NCBI GenBank assembly: GCA_963674825.1
Contig: OY771587.1
Span: 2,016,001-2,080,000, forward strand
Length of the DNA: 64,000 nt
Direction of reading: 5' to 3'
Source of the DNA: Candidatus Cloacimonadales bacterium
GTDB taxonomy: Bacteria; Cloacimonadota; Cloacimonadia; Cloacimonadales; JAIOQZ01
Below the pieces are notes generated by a model, which saw only the letters and a program-made list of their open reading frames with translations, was not told where the DNA came from and made no database searches. Positions 49,604 through 59,863 of this stretch are shown piece after piece (position 1 is the stretch's first letter; every line of letters begins with the position of its first letter). Made by a program: the position numbers and the translations under genes.

Positions 49604-52006
49604 ATGACAGAAACGAAGTTCTATTACAATGTCGCGCTTCCAGTCAATTTGGGGCAATATTTTACCTATTCCAGCGACACAGCGTTGGAAAAGGGATGTC
49701 GTGTACTGGTATCTCTCAAGAACAACATCTATACTGGTGTAGTCTGGGAGCAGTGCGACGTGAAGGAACTCAAGCCTGGGATAAAATACCTTTCCATTCA
49801 GCAGATCGTTGACCGCAAGCCGATCGTCTCGGAAAACCTGATGTGGCTTGCTGAATGGATATCGCGATATTACAGGACGCCGCTGGGAATCAGCTTTTTT
49901 TCGATGCTTCCTACAGGTCTGAACGTGCGTTTAGCGCAGAAAGCAATAAGGGTAGAGGGTAGAATAGATCCCGATCTTGATGACAGCGCAAGAGATCTAC
50001 TGGAAGCTATTCCAGATGACCGCGATATCGATATCCGTGATCTACCGCAAACACCTGGGATATACGCTCAACTTGAGCAGCTAGAGGACCAGAATCTCAT
50101 AGAAATTAAGCGTAGCATCGATAAAGAGGTCAGGCAGAAGACAATCAACTATGTTATCACCGAGGATGGCTGCCGCGAAAAAGCGCTTGAAATGGATCTG
50201 GGGCCGAAGCAGCGTGAGGCAATCGAATACATTCTGGAACAAGGCGAATCCTTCCCACTGGCGAGAATCGCTGAGCAATTCAGTTATGCGATTATCAAAG
50301 CACTGCGGTTGAAAGGATTGCTAGGGCTCGAACCTCGGAAGGTAAAAGATGAGTACTCATTCGAGAAGCCTGAAGGTACTCGGAAGCTATTCGACCTTAC
50401 CGATGAGCAGAACAAGGTTTTCGCTACCGTTTCCGAGGCGGTCGATCATGACGATTTTGCTTCGTTCCTGCTGTATGGGATCACTGGTAGCGGTAAAACG
50501 GAGGTTTACATCCGCCTGATCGAACGGGTAATCGCCAAGGGTCGGACAGCACTAATGCTAGTTCCCGAGATATCGCTTACACCGCAGATGGTGCACCGGT
50601 TTTTCCTGGCGTTTGGGGATGATATTGCCGTTCTGCATAGTCATCTCAGCATCCGTGAGAAATTGGCTGAGTGGCGTAAAATACGCTCAGGAAGTGTACG
50701 CATCGTGATCGGCGCGAGAAGTGCTATCTTCGCACCGCTGGAGAATCCTGGTATCATCATCGTAGACGAAGAACACGAAACAAGCTACAAGCAGGAATCC
50801 GCCCCACGGTATCATGCCAGAGACGTTGCTGTCGTTCGAGGGATGCACGAGAAGGCGGTTGTGCTGATGGGTAGTGCAACACCCAGCTTGGAATCCTGGC
50901 AGAATACGCAGACCGGTAACTATGGTCTCCTACGGATGACTACTCGTCCTGCTGGAAGCGAGCTCCCCAATGTGAAGATCGTTGATATGCGAAAGCAACC
51001 TCCGAATGAAGTCCTGTCCCACTATCTGCGCACTATGATTGAGCAGCGATTGAGAGATGGAGAACAGACTATTTTGTTTCTTAATCGGCGAGGCCATGCG
51101 TCGTTCCTGCAATGCACCAGTTGTGGCAAGCTATTCAAGTGCAAAAACTGCGATATTAGTCTAAATTACCACAGTCAACAGAAAGAGTTGATGTGCCATT
51201 ATTGCGGTTACCATGTCGAGATGCCGCGAAAGTGTCCGGAATGCGGAAGCTACCTGTTTTCATACGGTGCGCCAGGAACACAGCAGGCAGAAGAGCAGAT
51301 CAAGACAATCTTCCCGCAAGCGCGTATCCTGCGCATGGACGCCGATACGACCCGATCGAAGGACAGCTATCAATCGATGTTTGATCGCATGCGAAACGGT
51401 CATGTGGATATTCTGTTGGGAACGCAGATGATCTCCAAAGGGCTCGATTTTCCGAACATCACGCTCGTAGGCGTCCTTTCTGCCGAGATAACGCTGAACG
51501 TACCCGATTTCCGGTCTGCAGAGCGTACATTCCAGTTGATTACGCAGGTGGCAGGGCGCGCTGGGCGCAGCACGAAGAGGGGAGAGGTGGTTATCCAGAC
51601 ATTCAATCCCGAGCACTATTCCATTTTAATGGCTTCCCGGCAGGACTACCTTTCGTTTGCGGATGAAGAACTAACCTATCGCGATAGTTTTCAGTATCCT
51701 CCCTATACGCGAATAGCGAGGATTCTTTTCCGTCACAAAGATCAGAAAACGCTCAGCGAAAAGATGAACCTTGTGAAACGGGTTCTGCAACGGGAATCGG
51801 CACGTTTTGCTGAGCTCGATGTGACAGCGTTTGGCCCAGTTCCGGCACCGATTACCCGGATGGAGGATAACTATCGCTATCATGTGGTTCTGAAATCGAA
51901 GTCAGTGCAGAATCTTCAGCGTATTGTCCAGTTCATGATGCAACAAATCGCCGATTTCGGTAATATAAAAGTGACCCTCGATATTGATCCTGGCTCGTTG
52001 ATGTAG
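49604..52006 (+). CDS. priA: Primosomal protein N'
   Basis: GITGSGKTEVY, VPEISLTPQ, DEEH, four CxxC pairs, GTQMISKGLDFP, QVAGRAGR. Confidence 0.98.
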   Translation: MTETKFYYNVALPVNLGQYFTYSSDTALEKGCRVLVSLKNNIYTGVVWEQCDVKELKPGIKYLSIQQIVDRKPIVSENLMWLAEWISRYYRTPLGISFFSMLPTGLNVRLAQKAIRVEGRIDPDLDDSARDLLEAIPDDRDIDIRDLPQTPGIYAQLEQLEDQNLIEIKRSIDKEVRQKTINYVITEDGCREKALEMDLGPKQREAIEYILEQGESFPLARIAEQFSYAIIKALRLKGLLGLEPRKVKDEYSFEKPEGTRKLFDLTDEQNKVFATVSEAVDHDDFASFLLYGITGSGKTEVYIRLIERVIAKGRTALMLVPEISLTPQMVHRFFLAFGDDIAVLHSHLSIREKLAEWRKIRSGSVRIVIGARSAIFAPLENPGIIIVDEEHETSYKQESAPRYHARDVAVVRGMHEKAVVLMGSATPSLESWQNTQTGNYGLLRMTTRPAGSELPNVKIVDMRKQPPNEVLSHYLRTMIEQRLRDGEQTILFLNRRGHASFLQCTSCGKLFKCKNCDISLNYHSQQKELMCHYCGYHVEMPRKCPECGSYLFSYGAPGTQQAEEQIKTIFPQARILRMDADTTRSKDSYQSMFDRMRNGHVDILLGTQMISKGLDFPNITLVGVLSAEITLNVPDFRSAERTFQLITQVAGRAGRSTKRGEVVIQTFNPEHYSILMASRQDYLSFADEELTYRDSFQYPPYTRIARILFRHKDQKTLSEKMNLVKRVLQRESARFAELDVTAFGPVPAPITRMEDNYRYHVVLKSKSVQNLQRIVQFMMQQIADFGNIKVTLDIDPGSLM

Positions 52007-52031
52007 CGGTCAGATTTGATTATTCTTTTCT

Positions 52032-52056
52032 GTAGGGACAGGCATTGTGTCTGTCC
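52032..52056 (+). repeat. GTAG-family REP-like element
   Basis: GTAG followed by hairpin GGACAGGCA-TTG-TGTCTGTCC. Confidence 0.65.
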
Positions 52057-52072
52057 GATATTTTTTATATGG

Positions 52073-52108
52073 AAAAAGCCCAATCCAGAGGGGTCGGATC
52101 GGGCTTTT
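52073..52108. terminator. Likely bidirectional terminator between priA and the RND operon
   Basis: AAAAGCCC.ATCC...GGAT.GGGCTTTT with A and T runs on both sides. Confidence 0.8.
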
Positions 52109-52134
52109 GTTCACTATTCCAGAGGTCAGGAAAT

Positions 52135-55100
52135 TCAGTTTTTCTGTTTGCGTGTCGTCAAATAGTAAAATGACGGGATCACGAACAGGGTCAGAAGTGT
52201 GGATACGACCAGACCACCGATACTGACTACGCCAAGCGCCTGGCGGAACTCGCGTCCGGCCGAGCCGATACCCATCGCCATCGGAAGCATACCGAGTATA
52301 ATCGCCAGTGACGACATCAAGATCGGTTTGAGCTTGGTGGGACAGGCTTCGATCAGTGCATCATGCGGGTTTTTACCCTCACGACGTAACTGGTTGGTGT
52401 AGTCCAGCAGAAGAATCGCGTTGTTCACCACAATACCTACCAGCATGATGATTGCCATCATGGAGAAGAGGTTCATGGTCACGCCGGACACATAGAGCGC
52501 GCCAAACACACCGATAAGCGCCAGCGGCAGCGTACTGAGGATGAGAAGCGGCTGCACGAAGCTTTCCAGGATCGCTGCGAGGAGCATGTAAGTAAGCAGG
52601 ATCGCCAGGATAATCGTACGAAGCATATCGACGATCATATCGTTCATCATATCCACATCACCGCCCCACTGATAGCTGTAGCCAGGTGGTAAATCGATTT
52701 CAGCCATGCGCTTATTGATCTCATTTGTAACATCGCCAAGAGGGACGCCTGTGGCATTGCTAGCGGTAATTTTTGCGGTTTTGGCTTTATCGCGATGGAT
52801 TACCTTGTTTACGCCTTTGGTGAAATCAACGGATCCTAGCTGGGAAAGACGGTAGGTCCCAGCAGATGTCACGATGGGTATATTGCGAATTTTCTCGGGT
52901 GAATCAACCGATTCATCAGTCAGCGAAACCCTGAGATCGTAATTTTCGTTATTCTCTTTGTATTCGGTAGCGACCAGACCCTCAACTGATGCGCGCAAAG
53001 CTATAGCGACATCATAGATCGTCGCACCTGCGTCCATCAGCTTCCGACGATCAGGAATAAACGTGATTTCCGGTTTTCCTGAGCGGAGGCTGCTATCGAG
53101 GTTGTTCAAGCCAGGTATATCTTTGAGTTTTGCGAGAACTTCATCATTCAAATGCGTCAGTTCGTCAATGTCCTGACCCTTGAGATAGAACTCAATGGGT
53201 GAACCGGAATCGACCGCAGAGGAAGTAACCTGTGTTTTAATGCGAACGTTGGGAATATCCGAAAGTTGCTGAGTAATCCGGTCATTCACTTCGGTGGTAA
53301 TAAGTTCGCGATCATCAGCATCGACGAGCTTGATGCTTGCATAGGCAAGGTTGGTACCTATATCGGTGTCAGATATCTTTCCAAGCGTGGTCAGCATGTG
53401 CTTGACCTCGGGATTTGAAACTACCGTTTTCTCGATCTGTTCCAGAATATCGGCTGTCTGGCTCAAATTGTAACCCTGAGGAAGTTCGGCCTGAAGCGTG
53501 ATGTTTCCTTCATCCATCATGGGCATGAATTCGAAACCGATCTTACCTGCGAGCTTGAAGCTGCCGATCAGAAGCAGCAAGACTGCGAACATCAAGAGGG
53601 CTGAGTAACGCTTCTTGCTGAAAAGGCCAGTGAGCATTCGTCCGTATAGTTGATCAATGCGATCAAATATACCTTCGATCCAGGCTCCGATCTTGCCTTT
53701 CTTCATCGTGACAGGGAGGAATCTCGAGGAGAGCATCGGTGTCATGGTGAAGGAGATCAACAACGAGAAGATCGTTGCAAAGGTTACGGTCAAAGCGAAT
53801 TCCTTGAACATCTGACCCACGAGCGACTGCATCGAAGCGATAGGAAGGAACACCACGATGTTGGTCATGGTCGATGCTATAACGGCAACAGCTACCTCAG
53901 ACGTACCGATCGCGGCTGATTCCATTCTCTTTTCACCAAGGCGTTTGTGGCGGAAGATGTTTTCCAGAACGACCACCGCGTTGGTTACTAGCACACCCAC
54001 TGAGATAGATAGCCCCATAAGCGTCATGATGTTCATGGTAAACCCAAAAGCCTGCATGAGCATGAAGGTCGAAATAATTGAGGTAGGCATCGCGAGCGCT
54101 ACAATGAGAGTCGAGCGCCAGTCGTGAAGGAAGATAAACAGCACGATACCTGTGAAAATGATACCAAGGATGATATTGCTGATCGTATCTTCTACTGAGC
54201 TGCGGATGAAGATCGAGTTATCATCCACCATATACAGCTCCAGTCCTTCAGGAAGACTCTTGCTGATCTCGGGTAGAGATTCTCTAACCTGGTCTGCAAC
54301 TTCCACAGCATTACCGTCTGAGCTTTTTTGAACGCTGAGACGCACGACGTTTTCATCACGGAATTTTTCGATGTTATTGAAGTAAACCGAGCGCTCCCTG
54401 ATTTCTGCGCCAGTATCACTGACATTTGCTATCTGCTTCAGCTGTTTGATACCGGATGCGGTGGGAATTTCTGTATTCTTGAGCTTCTCAACAGAGTCGT
54501 ATTGACCTTGGAGACGTACGGTATATTCCTGATCTTTTTGAAGGAAGTGTCCGCCGGGTAGGTCAAGGTTCTGCGAAGCGATAATCCCGGAAAGCTGTGC
54601 CAGAGAAATGGAATTCTCGAAAACGACACGGTCATCAAGTTCTACGCGTACTTCACGTTCCTGGCCACCGCTGATATTTACGCTTGCAACGCCCTCAAGC
54701 TGCGAGAATCGATCTTTCAGTTGCTTGTCGGCAACTTCATACAGCTCGATAGGCGTCATATTGCCACTAAGCACCAATTCAGCAACAGGAATCGCGCCGA
54801 GATCGAACTTGCTGATAACGGGTTTCTCCGCATCTTCCGGTAAGTCGTTTAGAATCGCATCGATTTTATCTTTTACTTCCTGGTTTGCGATATCGACATC
54901 TTTACCCGTCTCAAAACGAATCACGACATATCCTACACTTTCCATGGAATACGATTCGATGTAGTCGATTTTAGAGACGGTAGAAACAGCGTCCTCGATC
55001 GGTTTTACAATCTGGGATTCAACCTCGAGAGGACTTGCGCCAGCGTATATGATCTGGGCGGTTACAACGGGTATATCCACATCCGGCATCATGTTCAACG

Positions 55101-55197
55101 GCAGCCCAATATACGCAAGGCCACCGAAGACCAGGAACACCATGATCAACATGGTGATCAGTACCGGACGTTTAATTGACAGGTCAGATAAAAACAT
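52135..55197 (-). CDS. RND efflux permease (AcrB family)
   Basis: SIKRPV, VVLENI, GIVVNNAILL, KPILMSSL motifs; 1020 aa. Confidence 0.96.
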   Translation of the reverse strand: MFLSDLSIKRPVLITMLIMVFLVFGGLAYIGLPLNMMPDVDIPVVTAQIIYAGASPLEVESQIVKPIEDAVSTVSKIDYIESYSMESVGYVVIRFETGKDVDIANQEVKDKIDAILNDLPEDAEKPVISKFDLGAIPVAELVLSGNMTPIELYEVADKQLKDRFSQLEGVASVNISGGQEREVRVELDDRVVFENSISLAQLSGIIASQNLDLPGGHFLQKDQEYTVRLQGQYDSVEKLKNTEIPTASGIKQLKQIANVSDTGAEIRERSVYFNNIEKFRDENVVRLSVQKSSDGNAVEVADQVRESLPEISKSLPEGLELYMVDDNSIFIRSSVEDTISNIILGIIFTGIVLFIFLHDWRSTLIVALAMPTSIISTFMLMQAFGFTMNIMTLMGLSISVGVLVTNAVVVLENIFRHKRLGEKRMESAAIGTSEVAVAVIASTMTNIVVFLPIASMQSLVGQMFKEFALTVTFATIFSLLISFTMTPMLSSRFLPVTMKKGKIGAWIEGIFDRIDQLYGRMLTGLFSKKRYSALLMFAVLLLLIGSFKLAGKIGFEFMPMMDEGNITLQAELPQGYNLSQTADILEQIEKTVVSNPEVKHMLTTLGKISDTDIGTNLAYASIKLVDADDRELITTEVNDRITQQLSDIPNVRIKTQVTSSAVDSGSPIEFYLKGQDIDELTHLNDEVLAKLKDIPGLNNLDSSLRSGKPEITFIPDRRKLMDAGATIYDVAIALRASVEGLVATEYKENNENYDLRVSLTDESVDSPEKIRNIPIVTSAGTYRLSQLGSVDFTKGVNKVIHRDKAKTAKITASNATGVPLGDVTNEINKRMAEIDLPPGYSYQWGGDVDMMNDMIVDMLRTIILAILLTYMLLAAILESFVQPLLILSTLPLALIGVFGALYVSGVTMNLFSMMAIIMLVGIVVNNAILLLDYTNQLRREGKNPHDALIEACPTKLKPILMSSLAIILGMLPMAMGIGSAGREFRQALGVVSIGGLVVSTLLTLFVIPSFYYLTTRKQKN

Positions 55198-55206
55198 AAT
55201 GACCCC

Positions 55207-56238
55207 TTATTTGAGTGTGTTGACTTTCTGCCCGTCTTCGAGAAGGTGCAGACCCTGGGTTATTAGATTATCACCAACGTTGATACCTGAGGTGATTTCC
55301 ACATCGAGGTTGTTGTTCTTACCGACGGTTACGGGCGTCTTGTGTGCTTTACCGCCGTTCTCAAGGTAAACATAGGTACCATTAACGTCGCTCAATACGT
55401 TTTTGCGCTCAACTACGATCGCATACGGGTTGGAGTATGTCTCGAGCGAGATCTCGGCTGTAACGCCGGTATATTTTGCTTTGGTCGGATTATCAAATTC
55501 CATATCGACTGCAAACGCCTGCGTACTGTTGTCCATACCGAGCGCAACGCGAGTGATATGACCACTCAATTTCAGGTCTTCCCAGGTGGCATGAGCATTC
55601 ATGCCAGGCTTGAGCTGACGCATCTCGCTATCGGTGACCCAAACGCGAGCTTTCATTTTGCTGACATCCGAGATGGTGAAGAGGAGGTCGCCGGGGCTGA
55701 CATTATCGGAGACGCGGACATCGATCGCGGTCACGATACCGCTGATGGGCGCTTGCGCCATGAGCATCTTGCCCAGTGATTCCATCTTTGAGCCATAGAC
55801 CTTGTATTGGGTCTCGGCGTTGTCCAGATCCTGACGAGAAATTCCACCGACTTCATAGAGTTTCTTCATACGTTCATAGGTGGTACGAGCGTTCTCGAAG
55901 GTAGCCTGAAGTTCTTCATACTGTGCTACCGGCGTATCCTTCGGGAAGGTTACCAGCACCTGATCTTTCTGTACATAATCGCCGATACGGGCTTTTATTG
56001 ATTCTACCTTCGCGCTGAAACTGGCGTATTCGGATGTCTCCTGGATTCCGCTCAGCGTAGCGTTGTAGGTGAATTCTTTCGAGAAGTTTCGGTTCTCAAT
56101 CTTCAGGACTTTAACTGGCAATCCATTCTCATTATACAGCTGTTCCATATTCTTGGCTTGCTCGGTATCTCCTTTTGAAGAGCAACCGGCAAGCAGCAGC
56201 GTTCCCACGATGATCGCGATAAAAATGTTTCTGTACAT
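55207..56238 (-). CDS. RND periplasmic adaptor (MFP) lipoprotein
   Basis: Lipobox LAGC; GDYVQKDQVL; APISGIV. Confidence 0.93.
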   Translation of the reverse strand: MYRNIFIAIIVGTLLLAGCSSKGDTEQAKNMEQLYNENGLPVKVLKIENRNFSKEFTYNATLSGIQETSEYASFSAKVESIKARIGDYVQKDQVLVTFPKDTPVAQYEELQATFENARTTYERMKKLYEVGGISRQDLDNAETQYKVYGSKMESLGKMLMAQAPISGIVTAIDVRVSDNVSPGDLLFTISDVSKMKARVWVTDSEMRQLKPGMNAHATWEDLKLSGHITRVALGMDNSTQAFAVDMEFDNPTKAKYTGVTAEISLETYSNPYAIVVERKNVLSDVNGTYVYLENGGKAHKTPVTVGKNNNLDVEITSGINVGDNLITQGLHLLEDGQKVNTLK

Positions 56239-56261
56239 AGTAATATCTCCTGCGTGCTCTT

Positions 56262-57671
56262 TTAAAGTTCTCTTCCCAGCGCCTTCTTGAAGGCCTCGTG
56301 GGACATAATGACATCGTAAACAGCGTTCAGATATGACAAGCGGATCGAACGAAGCTGCAACTGTGCGTCGAAGACTTCGAGCTGCGTTCCGACCTGGTTC
56401 TGGTAACGGGCTTCTGCGATGCGTTCACCCTTTTCAGCCAGTTCAACGTTTTTGCGCTGGCTTTGCAATTTCTCGACTGATTTGTTCAGGTCGTAATAGG
56501 TGTTGCGCACCTGAAGCTCGATATTTGATTTTAGCTGCTCGTGACCGATCACAGACTCCTGGTAGTTATGGCGTGCCTTTTTGATCTTGGCTGTATTGGA
56601 TAGTCCCGTGAAAAGCGGCATACTGAATCCGATACCGACAGTCCAGGAATTGCCGTAATCATCCGATTCTATCTTATAATCATCGCCGGAACCGTAGTAC
56701 TTGTATTCAGCGCTGAGGCCGATATTCGGAAGGAAGTTACCTTTCTGTGTTGTGTATATCGTCTTCTGAATCTCGACGCCGATGTTCGAAAGGTTCATTT
56801 CGATACGGTTTGCCAGGCCTTCGTCTATGGCTTGCTGGAGTTCGAGCGTATCTATTTGCGGAACCGCGATCTCATCGTCCAGCGTGATATCATCTTTTAA
56901 ATCAAGCTCATTCTTGAGTGCTTCGAGGGCAAGCTTGTATTGGTTCTCTGCTTCCACCACGTCCGGCTCCAGGCGTGATACTTCAAGATCGGCGCGGAGC
57001 TTGTCGTATTCGGATACGAGTCCGTTCTCGAACATCGAATTGACTTGCTGCTGGTGCATGCGCGCGAGTTCAAGGGCCTGATTCTGGATATCCAGAAGGT
57101 CACGTGCGAGTACTGCGCCGTAGTAGAGCTTGATGATGTTATAGACTACATCCTGTTTGACGAGAGTGTATTGCTTTTCCTGGAGTGTCATCGCTTTATT
57201 TGCGACCTTAAGGCCATTGATGAGCTTGCCGCCCATGAAAACAACTTGTTCCATCTTAACACCCGCGAAGACGGTTGCCGTTCTTTCTGTTTTGTCCGGA
57301 ATCATTCCGCCAACAACGTTATCGAGGTATCCAGCGATCGTTTCGTCGTTATCAAGCAATGTTTCGTCGCTGTTAGGTTCGATATGACCTATGCTGAGCG
57401 AATCGCTGAGCAGGCTGCTGGCTGTTGGTCCATGTTCGGTGGCAGAATCCGGGTATCTCATTTCTTCAAGCTGATAGCCGCCAGACAGCGTAATCTGCGG
57501 GAAGAATGATCCAAGTACGTTATTGTATTCCTCATCTACAGCCTTTTTGGCTTCCCACTGCTGCTTCAGAGTCCGATTGTTCTTCAATGCGATGTCCAGC
57601 GCTTCGTCCAGTGTCAATGCCTGTGCAAGTATCGGCACAAGGATGATCAACGCAACCATAAGTCGCTTCAT
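56262..57671 (-). CDS. TolC family outer membrane protein
   Basis: LTLDEALDIALKNN; two OEP repeats; RYQNQVGTQLEV. Confidence 0.93.
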   Translation of the reverse strand: MKRLMVALIILVPILAQALTLDEALDIALKNNRTLKQQWEAKKAVDEEYNNVLGSFFPQITLSGGYQLEEMRYPDSATEHGPTASSLLSDSLSIGHIEPNSDETLLDNDETIAGYLDNVVGGMIPDKTERTATVFAGVKMEQVVFMGGKLINGLKVANKAMTLQEKQYTLVKQDVVYNIIKLYYGAVLARDLLDIQNQALELARMHQQQVNSMFENGLVSEYDKLRADLEVSRLEPDVVEAENQYKLALEALKNELDLKDDITLDDEIAVPQIDTLELQQAIDEGLANRIEMNLSNIGVEIQKTIYTTQKGNFLPNIGLSAEYKYYGSGDDYKIESDDYGNSWTVGIGFSMPLFTGLSNTAKIKKARHNYQESVIGHEQLKSNIELQVRNTYYDLNKSVEKLQSQRKNVELAEKGERIAEARYQNQVGTQLEVFDAQLQLRSIRLSYLNAVYDVIMSHEAFKKALGREL

Positions 57672-58276
57672 TTACACCCCCTCACAAGTATTCCATTTAG
57701 AATCAGATCTGCTATTGTTCGCATGTCTTCCTGAAAAGATACATACATTGCTTTTGTTATCGTAAAATGAAGATTTTCGTCTCCGAGTAAAAACCACCGC
57801 AATATCAGATCGCTTACGCGTTCGATATCAACATCATTGCGGATATCGCCCTCTTCAACGCCCTTTTTGAAGATGTCTGTAATCTTCATGCGCGTTTTCT
57901 CGATGTTACTCTCTTTAAACTCTCTTACCTTGGTCATGAAGAAATTCGGCTCCTCGGCTAGGAGGGTCATATAGAGCTTACCTTTCTCGTTTATATACGT
58001 AAACGGTTTTACGAGTAAGGCATAGATACGTTCTTTCGTGTTTTTTCCGGCTTCAATAGTCTCCGTGATTTTCTGATGAATGTAGTCGGATTGGCTTCGA
58101 ACGATCTCCAAGAGGATATCTTCTTTGGAGTTGAAGTAGTAGTAGAAGGTTCCTTTTCCCAGGCTGGCTTCTTTTGTTATATCGGAGATCGAAGTCTTCT
58201 GGTAACCGTAGTACTCGAAGAGCTTTTCCGCAGCCTGGATCAGGGCGTCCTTTTTGTCCAGTGTCGCGTCGGTCAT
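57668..58276 (-). CDS. TetR/AcrR family transcriptional regulator
   Basis: AAEKLF...GYQKTSISDI...GKGTFYYYFNSKEDI. Start chosen by AAGGAG RBS (ORF track gives 58315). Confidence 0.95.
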   Translation of the reverse strand: MTDATLDKKDALIQAAEKLFEYYGYQKTSISDITKEASLGKGTFYYYFNSKEDILLEIVRSQSDYIHQKITETIEAGKNTKERIYALLVKPFTYINEKGKLYMTLLAEEPNFFMTKVREFKESNIEKTRMKITDIFKKGVEEGDIRNDVDIERVSDLILRWFLLGDENLHFTITKAMYVSFQEDMRTIADLILNGILVRGCK

Positions 58277-58332
58277 CGTAACTCCTTTGTATTTCGTTGT
58301 CGTTTCATTATTCATATATTATACGATAATTC

Positions 58333-58368
58333 TTTCCGACCAAAATAATTTTCTGGTCGAAACGTCAA
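58333..58368 (-). promoter_or_regulatory. Probable TetR operator overlapping the promoter
   Basis: CGACCA-N11-TGGTCG inverted repeat flanked by TTT/AAA, adjacent to minus-strand TTGACG (58363-58368). Confidence 0.7.
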
Positions 58369-58564
58369 GGATTTTCTTGGGTTTTCGTTCGGTGCGGTTA
58401 TAATGGCATGAGAAATAAAAAGATAGGCTTTCGAGTATATTGAGGGAATTTCTCGGAAAAAACTGACCCGAGTCCGAAATGGTTGCGTATTGTTCTCCGA
58501 GGTCGAGAATAAAATGATTGACGTTTAAGAAACATACCATAGAATCTGCCAAGAGGATATCGAT

Positions 58565-59599
58565 ATGAGACGTGGAACCGCGCTACTCGTATTACTTTTA
58601 ATTATGGTCAGCCTGTCTGGCCAATCAATCCGCTTTGACAAGCTTGAGCACAATTTCGGCAGGATTCAGGAGCGAGATGGCGTGAAAGAGGCTATCTTCC
58701 ACTTCGTGAACGAGACGGAGGAGTCTGTGACCATACGAGATGTCATGGCATCTTGCGGTTGCACAACCTCCGGCTGGTCAGCTGGAACAATTGAGCCCGG
58801 TAGCGAAGGCGAGGTGCGTTTATCTTACGATCCCGAAGACCGTCCCGGCGATTTCAGTAAAAAAGCGACGGTGATCTTCGATCATGATATTCCGGAAATC
58901 GAGCTGTTTATAACAGGGTATGTTGTGCTCGATCCGGAGAAGTACAGGAAATCGATTGGGCATCTTCTTTTAAAGGAGCACACGATCGATATCACGATTC
59001 CTGAAAACGCAACCCGAATTTCCACTGCAATACCCTATAAGAACTGCTGTGGCGATACTCTTACGCTTTCGCTCGCGGATTCGATAAGTTGGGGTGAAGT
59101 GCGCTTTGTCCCGGAAGTTCTTCATGGCGGGGAAAAGGGCTGGATGATCGTTGAACTTGGGACTGACCGGATCGGAACGGTTTCGAGGGATATGATCTGG
59201 GTGCGTGTTGCCAGCAGAACACGCTCGCTCGATGGTGGCATTACGCTACATATTACCAAGACAAACACCCCTCCGCCTGTTATCATCGATGTCACACCGG
59301 AGAGGGCATTTGAACTGATCCAATCAACACCAGGCTTGCTGATTCTGGATGTGAGAACGCCGGAAGAATTCGCTGCCGGACATGTCGAGGGTGCTTTAAA
59401 TGTGGATTTCTTTAATAAATACTTCGAGCAGAATCTTTCCAGAATCGAACCAACTCCAATATGTCTGGTGTATTGTAAAAGCGGTATGCGGAGCGGAAAG
59501 TCACTCGAGGTGATCAAACGTCTCGGGTATTCAAGGATATACCATCTTGCATCGGGCTTCTCTGGCTGGACTGAATCAGGTTTTCCAGTATTTCGCTAA
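58565..59599 (+). CDS. DUF1573 Ig-like domain plus rhodanese fusion protein
   Basis: Signal peptide; HNFG...ASCGCT...IEPG; LDVRTPEEF..GHV.GA; YCKSGMRS. Confidence 0.85.
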   Translation: MRRGTALLVLLLIMVSLSGQSIRFDKLEHNFGRIQERDGVKEAIFHFVNETEESVTIRDVMASCGCTTSGWSAGTIEPGSEGEVRLSYDPEDRPGDFSKKATVIFDHDIPEIELFITGYVVLDPEKYRKSIGHLLLKEHTIDITIPENATRISTAIPYKNCCGDTLTLSLADSISWGEVRFVPEVLHGGEKGWMIVELGTDRIGTVSRDMIWVRVASRTRSLDGGITLHITKTNTPPPVIIDVTPERAFELIQSTPGLLILDVRTPEEFAAGHVEGALNVDFFNKYFEQNLSRIEPTPICLVYCKSGMRSGKSLEVIKRLGYSRIYHLASGFSGWTESGFPVFR

Positions 59600-59649
59600 G
59601 AATTTGCATTTGCAATGATTTTGAATGAACAATTAGAGAAATAAAAAAT

Positions 59650-59679
59650 TTGACAAGGTTTTTACAAAATGCTAAAAAT
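59650..59679 (+). promoter_or_regulatory. Candidate sigma70 promoter
   Basis: TTGACA, 17-bp spacer, TG-extended TAAAAA. Confidence 0.45.
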
Positions 59680-59863
59680 AGCGATGTGGCAGGCTTGTGC
59701 TTGTACTCTGAAACTGGGAAATGTGTTAACTGTCTGAAATTAATGAAAATGTGAAGAGGTTATCGAACGCAATGATACTGCATTTTCGGCTGAATTCAAT
59801 ACAACATCAAAGATTCAATTTGTTTTATGAGCTAAATATACATACGAAAAGGAGTAAAACGTT

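Noticed and set aside
52082..52094. AATCCAGAGGGGT resembling a PyrR loop
   Set aside because: It is part of a terminator hairpin between convergent non-pyrimidine genes and lacks the CUUUAA flank.
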